Assembly: GCA_965215855.1 (NCBI GenBank) | Contig: CBDCER010000003.1 | Coordinates: 3,574,560 to 3,638,559 of the forward strand | Length of the DNA: 64,000 bases | DNA from: Aggregatilineales bacterium | GTDB lineage: Bacteria > Chloroflexota > Anaerolineae > Aggregatilineales > J027 | Direction: 5' to 3' | Shown: one piece after another, positions 28,252 through 36,100 of the stretch | How positions within the stretch are numbered: the stretch's first letter is position 1 | Layout of the letters: the number at the start of each line of letters is the position of its first letter | Translations under genes and position numbers: made by a program | The notes under the pieces: model-generated | The model's database searches: none | The model's input: only the letters and a program-made list of their open reading frames with translations | What the model was told of the DNA's origin: nothing

Positions 28252-29862
28252 TCAACCACACAAGGGCAACTGAAAGCCAAAGGTACTACCCTGACCAAAT
28301 ACACTCCTAAAGCGCATTTGGCCCTTATGACGCTCAATAATACTCTTCACAAGATGCAAGCCTAAACCAGTCCCCTCAATAGACTCAGTCTCGACTGTTT
28401 TCACACGATAAAAAGGCTGGAACAATTGTTGCTGTTGATCATCTGGAATACCGTAACCCGTATCCTGAACTTCAAACACCGCTTCGCCATTATGCCTATG
28501 CAATCGAACCATAATATCACCGCCCTCTGGCGTATATTTGATAGCATTATTCACCAAGTTTGCCGCAGCCTCATGCAACTCCGTTTCGTCGCCCAAAACC
28601 ACCACCGATGTCTCTGTCATCTCAGGGACAAATCGAATACGTTTCTCCTCTGCCTGCTCACGATACTCATCAAACACGCCGCGCAGCAACTCTACAAGAT
28701 CAATCCGATGCGTAAATTCACGTTTGGCAGCTTCCTCAATGCGTTGCAGCGAGAGAATGTCATTGGTGATACGATGCATACGATTCGCGGCGTTTTGGAT
28801 GCGGACAAGCGACTCGCGTTCTTTCTCAGTGAGGCGATCTGTCAACGACCGCTGCAACAGCATCAGATAACCCTGGACGACTGTAATTGGATTTCGTAAA
28901 TCATGCGCTGCAATGCGGATCATGTCGGTTTTTAGTTGTTCTAGTTGACTGACCTGCTCGAATAATTCTTGCAATTCTTCCAATTGGCGTTGCGACACAT
29001 CATACAAACGAGCATTGTCCAATGCGACGGCGACGCGCCCAGTAATTAGGATTAGGAAATCGAAGATCTCAGAGGTAAAGAGTTGGGGATAGGGTGTTTC
29101 CAGGCAAATTACACCTACCAGTTCTCCCTGGGAAACCAGTGGAAATGCCATTTGCGATTTGGTGTGGGCGATCACCGAGGTATTGTCGTGCGGGGCTTCA
29201 AGTATATCCAGGACGCGTTCGGCTTGATAGTCCTCGATCACACGCCCAACGATGCCTTGCAAATAAGGGAATGGCCCTTCGCTATCGTAGCCACCAATGT
29301 AAAGCGCCAATTTCAAATTGCCAGTGTCTTCCGACAACCCAACAAAACCGGCACTGGCCCCACTGATTCGCAGACATAAATCAAGCGCCATATTTAGAAC
29401 ATGCTGAATATCCAATCGTCGGGTTAACTCGCGATCTACACGGCGCAACATTGCCATGCGTTCTAGGTAATCATTTAACTCGGCTTCAGCTAACCGGCGT
29501 TCGGTAATATCTCGTCCGATTGCCAGATATTCGGCTACCTGATTTCCCTCATTGGGAATGGGTCGCATCGTCCATTGAAACCATCGAACTTCGCCATGAG
29601 CACTGATTGTTTCATACTCCATTGTCAGGCTGGAATCGTAAAGATCAGGACGTCCGGCCAGATATTTATCGACAGCAGCTCGCTCATCCTCATCAATGAT
29701 AAACGAATTACCAATCAATTCTTCTTCAGATTTCCCAAAGAAACGACAATAGGCTCGATTAACATGCGAGAGCATACCCCCCGGTTCATACCGGCAAATG
29801 AGATCGGTCTGGTCCTCTAGGATCCGCAGATAATGTCCTTCAATCATGGAATTCCCGCCCAT
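28252..29862 (-). CDS. Cytoplasmic PAS-GAF histidine kinase
   Basis: PAS (ICRYEPGGMLSHVNRAYCRFFGKSEEELIG), a GAF segment, H-box AAHDLRNPITVVQGY, and N/G boxes VNNAIKYTPEGG and GTGLGLHLV. No TM helix. Confidence 0.85.
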   Translation of the reverse strand: MGGNSMIEGHYLRILEDQTDLICRYEPGGMLSHVNRAYCRFFGKSEEELIGNSFIIDEDERAAVDKYLAGRPDLYDSSLTMEYETISAHGEVRWFQWTMRPIPNEGNQVAEYLAIGRDITERRLAEAELNDYLERMAMLRRVDRELTRRLDIQHVLNMALDLCLRISGASAGFVGLSEDTGNLKLALYIGGYDSEGPFPYLQGIVGRVIEDYQAERVLDILEAPHDNTSVIAHTKSQMAFPLVSQGELVGVICLETPYPQLFTSEIFDFLILITGRVAVALDNARLYDVSQRQLEELQELFEQVSQLEQLKTDMIRIAAHDLRNPITVVQGYLMLLQRSLTDRLTEKERESLVRIQNAANRMHRITNDILSLQRIEEAAKREFTHRIDLVELLRGVFDEYREQAEEKRIRFVPEMTETSVVVLGDETELHEAAANLVNNAIKYTPEGGDIMVRLHRHNGEAVFEVQDTGYGIPDDQQQQLFQPFYRVKTVETESIEGTGLGLHLVKSIIERHKGQMRFRSVFGQGSTFGFQLPLCG

Positions 29863-30006
29863 ACGATTGCTCCGATATAATCAGGATTAGTATCAGTGTT
29901 GATTTTAGCATCAGTTTTGCGGATAAGAAACATGATATGATAATCTTCTTTTGCCAATAATGATATGGCCCAGCATAACGCAATTGAAAATAGAAAGAAG
30001 TGACCA

Positions 30007-30858
30007 ATGAACACCTATGGACGCATCATCGGTGGGTTGGGGTTGTTACTGATCATGATAGGGGTGTTTATGCCCACTACCTGCTTGCAATATCGCGCAT
30101 GTAATCCATTTGACGATGGGCTTTTTGATGCTGCACGGTTCGATAGCCCATCTGGTCTTGGTTTTGCCGAAAATGCGTATGGTATCTTGCTTTTAGCCTA
30201 TCTTATCCCAGCGTTTGTTATGACATTTTATGGCAAACACCATGCTGTCGAAATCAATAGCTTTATCATTAGCCTGACATTGATTAGTCTTTTTACCAGC
30301 ACGGTGATTGCGTTGGATGACATTCCATCTGGACGTTTGTCGGCAGTCTGGTTCCTGTTCTTGCTGGGTATTGTTTTGTTAGCAATCAGTCTCTACTTCA
30401 AAGAAAACCAACCCGAATCCGCATCGGTCATCGCTAATACGCAATGGATACGCGGATTGTTGATTACCAGTCTTATGTTACTTTTGATCGGTATGCTGTT
30501 GCCGCTCATTTGTCAAGAAGATGCGGTGTGTCGCATTGCAAAAGAGGGCGCATTGTTGAAAAGCCATGTGCTTGATGAAGGATTTCGTGGCGCGTTCTCT
30601 GAGAATGAAGGATCCGTTTTTCTCTTAATCGTTGTAGCTGCTGGATTCATCGCCAGCTATCGTTTAGATTCTCCGACGTTGTGGGTTGTAGGTTTGGCAA
30701 CTCTGAGCGTGACTATCACGCTGTTTTTGGGGTTTCGCGATGTTGCAAGACTCAGTGACGATCATCATTTGCAACCAGGATGGATATTATTTAGCGTAGC
30801 TACCGGCTGTGTCTTCGCAGCAGCAGCTCTGCGTTCGCGAACACAATCATCGGATTAG
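30007..30858 (+). CDS. Polytopic membrane protein of unknown function (about 8 TM)
   Basis: Alternating hydrophobic helices throughout, with no motif I recognise. Its stop overlaps the stop of the convergent Doc-2 gene (TTAG, 30855-30858). Confidence 0.5.
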   Translation: MNTYGRIIGGLGLLLIMIGVFMPTTCLQYRACNPFDDGLFDAARFDSPSGLGFAENAYGILLLAYLIPAFVMTFYGKHHAVEINSFIISLTLISLFTSTVIALDDIPSGRLSAVWFLFLLGIVLLAISLYFKENQPESASVIANTQWIRGLLITSLMLLLIGMLLPLICQEDAVCRIAKEGALLKSHVLDEGFRGAFSENEGSVFLLIVVAAGFIASYRLDSPTLWVVGLATLSVTITLFLGFRDVARLSDDHHLQPGWILFSVATGCVFAAAALRSRTQSSD

Positions 30859-31343
30859 CGTTTCGCAAGTTCGTTTAGAAGCCAGTTGTGGGTATTGATA
30901 ATTTGATGAATGAGCTGTGTATCGGCGTTGGCGTCCGGCTCCAACGACGGTCTATCCGGTATAGTGGGCAACCATGCGGCAAAATCTGGTACATTTATCT
31001 GGCCTTGTGCTATTTCCACAATATGCTTTAGAGCTGCGTGGGCATCCCATTGAATCTGAAATCCGTTGACGGCCAACATGAAAATGGCTGCAACTGTTGC
31101 AGTACGTTTATTACCATCCGCAAAAGGGTGATTACGCGCAATTGAATGCAGTAATGCTGTTGCTTTTTCCTGTAGCGAAGGATAAGCGTCCTGACCGAAT
31201 ACTGATTGCATGGGACGTGCCCAAGACATTTCCAACAAGGTCATGTCACGTACTTTGCGTTTACCGTCAACAATGGTATGAATGGACTCGACCAATTGCT
31301 CATTGATATAGATCAGTTCATCGATGGTCAGAAATCGAGTCAT
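30855..31343 (-). CDS. Doc (death-on-curing) Fic-fold kinase, paralog 2, with about 35-aa C-terminal extension
   Basis: Doc-type Fic motif HPFADGNKRTA. The upstream pattern is VRD..LLE.S.ARP....FG.DAYPSL.EKA.ALL. The ATG at 31343 overlaps the Doc-1 stop (ATGA). Confidence 0.8.
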   Translation of the reverse strand: MTRFLTIDELIYINEQLVESIHTIVDGKRKVRDMTLLEMSWARPMQSVFGQDAYPSLQEKATALLHSIARNHPFADGNKRTATVAAIFMLAVNGFQIQWDAHAALKHIVEIAQGQINVPDFAAWLPTIPDRPSLEPDANADTQLIHQIINTHNWLLNELAKR

Positions 31344-31729
31344 TGTGTATTCTCGGTTAACCATGCCGCGATAGCTGGTACATCATAGCGATTCTGGGCG
31401 ATTGCCAATACAAAATCGTAGATTGTTTGGTCATCCCAGGTTGGTTGCAGGTTGTTGGCCTGGAGAAAGCGAACCGTTGCCACAGTGGCCGTGCGCTTGT
31501 TCCCGTCGAAAAAAGGATGATGAGCAGCCAGGGCATGCAACAACGCTGCCGCTTTATCCATCAGGGTAGGGTAAGCTTCCTCGCCGAAAACTGTCAACAT
31601 AGGTCGGGCTGCTGACGAACGCAACACGCGCCGGTCTCGTACATCTGGACGACGGCCTAATATTTCCTCGGCAATGCTATAGATGTCTGCGGGTGTCAGG
31701 TAATTCACTGGATCTTCGGCTGAGGCCAT
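31340..31729 (-). CDS. Doc (death-on-curing) Fic-fold kinase, paralog 1
   Basis: 129 aa. The motif is HHPFFDGNKRTA. The overall pattern (YLT..DI..I.....G....VRD...L.S...RP....FGEEAYPTL.DKAAALLH.L) is canonical Doc. The ATG lies 3 nt after the stop of the upstream 421-aa gene. Confidence 0.85.
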   Translation of the reverse strand: MASAEDPVNYLTPADIYSIAEEILGRRPDVRDRRVLRSSAARPMLTVFGEEAYPTLMDKAAALLHALAAHHPFFDGNKRTATVATVRFLQANNLQPTWDDQTIYDFVLAIAQNRYDVPAIAAWLTENTQ

Positions 31730-31732
31730 TGG

Positions 31733-32998
31733 TTAATTAGTCTCAGCCGGCAATTGCCATTCATACAATGTTTTATCGGAACTGCCGCCTAAGACAAACT
31801 GTCCATCAGAACTAAATGCAGTAGCACGAATACCACGATCCGTTGTCAGCTCATAGATGGCCCGGCTTTCTTCAATATCCCATACCAATATGCCACCGAA
31901 GAAATTACCCAGCGCAATGTACTGCCCATCTGGACTGATAGCAATACTATCCACGGAAAAGGGGCCATCCTGTTCCAAGTTCTGAATTCTCTGATAACTG
32001 AATACATCATTTTCAATGAGGTAGTATTCCAAAGCATCATTGCTAGCCACAATCAGTGTTGAACTATTGGGCTGAAACATCAACTTGTCAGTAAATGCAT
32101 TGATTGTGCCACTAAAAATCTGATCGCCGGTCGTTGCATTCCATACCCATAGTTTTTTCTCCGTACCGCCCGCCACCAGATATTGATTGCCAGGACTGAA
32201 CAAGAATGATCCAAAATAATCATCGCCAATATCAGCAATGGTCAGCGATACCTGTCCGGTTTGTGTAGACATGATCTGGATTTGCTTTTCGTAGGTAACA
32301 CCCGCAACCCATTCTGTATCTGGGCTGAGGGCATAAAACCGATAGCGATCCCCAATCGCGCGTATCAGGTTACCGTCAGTGCTATATACATTGATATAAC
32401 TGCCGTCCCTAGCATAGATTTCGTTACCATCAGAGCTAAATCCTGGGCCATCAACCGAAGAACTAAATTCTACATTAGCCAACACAGCGCCAGATTGTGC
32501 ATCCCACACCATCAATTGGTCAGACCCGCTCGCCAACAATAAACTGTTATCTGGGTTGTAAGCCACAGACTCTAGGACGTGTTCAGGGCCTTCTAGTTGA
32601 CGATGCGGCTCAATGATCTGGAACTGATCATCGTTCTTACCACTCACCGATTCAATGATAGATTCAGCCCCAGATTTGATGCTTTCCGAGGAACTCAATG
32701 CATAGAAAGCGCCTATCCCGCCCACAGCAAGCAGGAAAAGAAGCGCAAACAGACCAACACTTGCAGTGCAACCCTGTGAAGATTGTTGCTGGCCTATTGC
32801 CTGGGGATAGGCAAATTGGATGAACACAGGCTGGCCTTGTTGCTGTCCAATCTGGATGTCGTTGGGAAGATCAACATTGGTATTGCAATAAGGGCAAATA
32901 CCGCGTCGATCCTGGCCGAAGTATTTCACTTCCAGATTGCCGCCACAATTGGGGCACTGAATAACCTTGAGTTGTTGTGAAGGTTGATTAAATTGCAT
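31733..32998 (-). CDS. Zinc-ribbon - TM - WD40-like beta-propeller protein
   Basis: CPNCGG...(17 aa)...CPYC zinc ribbon, a Gln-rich linker, one TM helix (VGLFALLFLLAVGGIGAFYAL), then about 300 aa with WD40-like blades (VAYNPDNSLLLASGSDQLMVWDAQSG ... FSSDGQFVLGGSSDKTLYEWQL). The start is set to ATG 32998 (AAGGTG upstream); the track start at 33016 is TTG. Confidence 0.6.
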   Translation of the reverse strand: MQFNQPSQQLKVIQCPNCGGNLEVKYFGQDRRGICPYCNTNVDLPNDIQIGQQQGQPVFIQFAYPQAIGQQQSSQGCTASVGLFALLFLLAVGGIGAFYALSSSESIKSGAESIIESVSGKNDDQFQIIEPHRQLEGPEHVLESVAYNPDNSLLLASGSDQLMVWDAQSGAVLANVEFSSSVDGPGFSSDGNEIYARDGSYINVYSTDGNLIRAIGDRYRFYALSPDTEWVAGVTYEKQIQIMSTQTGQVSLTIADIGDDYFGSFLFSPGNQYLVAGGTEKKLWVWNATTGDQIFSGTINAFTDKLMFQPNSSTLIVASNDALEYYLIENDVFSYQRIQNLEQDGPFSVDSIAISPDGQYIALGNFFGGILVWDIEESRAIYELTTDRGIRATAFSSDGQFVLGGSSDKTLYEWQLPAETN

Positions 32999-33107
32999 GG
33001 TCACCTTTTGCGGCAAGAATATCTATGTGAAATTGCCGCGCCTCCTTTTAATCCGCAATCTTGTTGTTAGCATAGCACAACCTGGCATCTTGTGAAGTCT
33101 ACCTTCG

Positions 33108-36100
33108 CTATCCAGACGGCACAAAGGCAGCGTCGAAAGCCGGCAGGGTAGGCGTTAACGTTGGTTGCATTGTGGGGGCACTGCCTGGTGTTGGCGTCGT
33201 CTGCGTGAAATCTACAGTTGGTGTGGAGGTTGGTGTGTTTGTGGGCACAGCAGTTGGGTATGGTGTGCGGGTTGGATAGACACCGGCTTCGCTACAGATC
33301 GGTTCCACTCGATACAGCTCGCGTTCGGCACACGTCAAATCTCGCACATAGCGGTTGGCATATGTCCACGCCGTCAGTTCATCAAGATGATGGTCCACTT
33401 GCCATACAATTACAGTACTATCCGCCGAAGCTGATACTACCCGTGATCCATCGGGGCTGAAAATAGCACGATGTACAGCCCCATCATGACCCTCGAACTG
33501 CCAGAGCATCTGTCCGGTCATTATATCCCAGATTATCAGACGTCCATCCTGTGAGGCAGATAGCACTGTTTCTCCATCGGGACTAAATGCAACACTGTAT
33601 ACACGGTCCGAATGCCCATCAAATACCTGCAATAGTTCACCTGTTTCTAAATTCCATAGTCGCAACGTATTGTCGATAGATCCCGATAGCAAATGTGAGC
33701 CATCGGGACTAAACGCCAAAGCCAGCGCCGGTGCGTTGTGACCTTCTAGGCGATGAAGTTGTTCACCTGTTTCCATGTCCCAAACGATAATGAGATTATC
33801 GAAATCTCCACTGGCGGACTGAGACCCATCGGGGCTGATGGCGGAACTGACAACCCAGTTGGCATGACCTTCTAATCGCCGGACTTCGCGCCCCAACAGC
33901 AAATCCCAAACGATAACTTGATTATCGAATCCACCGGAAATCGCTTGTCGGCCATCTGAACTCATCGCAACGGTTTGGACCACATCGTCATGTCCTTCTA
34001 GGTGATGGATGATTTCCCCGCGTTCAATATCCCAAACAATCAATGTGTCATCTTCAGAACTAGAGACTGCTATTTGGCAGCATAGTTGAGTAGCCACATC
34101 GGTTATGGCTCCATTGTGTCCTTCATATATGATTAGTGTAGCACCTGTACCAGTATCCCAAAGCCGCAGTGTGCCATCTAGCGAAGCCGACAGCACGTAT
34201 TGATCATTGTGAGCGAAGGCCACCCCAACAACCACGTCTTCGTGCCCAGACAAGCGTCGCAATATCGCGCCGCTATCCACATCCCACACGCGAATCGACC
34301 CCATAAAATCACCGGAAATTGCCATACGGCCATCGGGGCTGAATGCGACTGTGTCCAGCCGATCCTCGTGACCGCTAAAACGTCGCAATTCAACACCGGT
34401 ACGCACATCCCACAAGCGGAGTGTAGTGTCAAACGATGCGGATAAGATAGTGCGGCCATCGGGACTGAATGCCACGCTATACACAAAATCAGTATGCCCT
34501 ACTAACCGTCCAATTTCGGTCTGAGTCTGAACATCCCACAATCGAACTGTACCGTCAAATGATGCTGAGGCGATCATGGTGTTGTTGGGACTGATGGCTA
34601 TACCCAATACCCAGTTGGTGTGCCCAGAAAATCGGCGTAATTGCTCTGTTGTGTTCAGATCCCACAATCGCACACTTCCATCGGCAGAACCGGTTACCGC
34701 ATATAGCCCATTGTTGCTAAACAACACACTGGAAACAGCATCCTGATGCCCTTCATAACGTCGGAGTTGTGTGCCATCGGCGATTTCCCAAAGACGAGCC
34801 GTGCCGTCGAATGAACCTGATAGTGCATATCGCCCACCAGGGCTGAACGCCACGCTGGTCACATCACCCTGATGCCCCTCAAATTCGCGAATCACATCAC
34901 CGGTTGCTGTTTGCAATAAGCGCAGACTGCCACCAGGAGAACCGACCAACAGTGTTTCTCCGTTTGGGCTAAATTGTACGCTTAAAACACCAGCGGGGTC
35001 CACATTGTATCGGGCTATTTGATTACCTCCAGAAATATTCCAAATAATCACTGTGCCATCCATTGATGCCGACACAGCACGACTGTTATCGGAGCTGAAC
35101 GCGACACTGGTCACCAAATCATCGTGCCCTGGCAATACGAGCCGCGTACCGGGAGATTGAGCAGCAACAGCTAATATTCGTTGCGATTCTGGTGGTGGGT
35201 TGTCCATACTGTTAGCTTCCAACGCCAGAGCAATTGCTAGATCGCGGTCATGATTTTCCAAAGCCAATTGTGCGGAGGCCGCCAGTGCCAGGCTTTGCGC
35301 CTCGGCAGCATTCTGGCGAGCGATGGCCGCTGATGTCGATTCGGCTCGTGCAGCTTCAATCGCCTGGCCTTCGGCCTGCGTTGCGGCAGCAGCTTGGGTT
35401 TGGGCGTTGTACATCTCTTGAGCAGCCTGGCCTTGAGCGACTGTTGCTGTTTTGGCACTGCGATTGGCATCTTGTTGCCCGACCGCAGCCAACACCGCCA
35501 GAATAACAGCCACGACCGCCGCTGTGAAGAACACACCCACCAAACCCTGCAACAAACGACGTGATCGGTGTTCTAGGGCCTGTTCTCGTGCCAATCGTGC
35601 AGCTTCCGCTGCCTGTGCTTGCTTTCGTTTTTGAAGACTAGCCTGCAAATAGTCTGTTTCATTTTCATTCAACGCCAAGTCGGTATGGGCTTGCCAGGTT
35701 TCAAATTGATCCAGCCGTCTTCCACTGGCTAAGAAACTTTGGTCGCGCTCGGCATTAATCCACTCGACAGAGGCGCGAGCAAGTTGGCGTTGTGTCCGCA
35801 AGCCTTCGCGACTAGCATCCAGCCAGTTTCGCAAGCGTGTCCACGAGCGAATGAGGGCTTCGTGAGCGATTTCTACTGTCGGTTGACGAGTCGAGGGATC
35901 GTAGTCGAAGGTTAGTAGCCGATGACGACTGAAATAGTCGATGATATGTTGCATCGTATTTGAGCTACGCGGTAATGTCGCCAACAGTACGCGTCGCCGA
36001 CTATCCTCTGCGCGTTCCCCCAGTGTGATCAGGCGCAAGAAAAGTTGCCGAGCTGTCGTTTGTTTTGCCTCATCAAGTTGGCAATAAGCGTCCTCTGCGC

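Noticed and set aside
31729-31760. A hidden small Phd/YefM-type antitoxin ORF upstream of Doc-1
   Set aside because: The 3' end of the 421-aa ZnR-TM-propeller gene occupies this space up to 3 nt before the Doc-1 ATG. No alternative-frame ORF of useful length is present.
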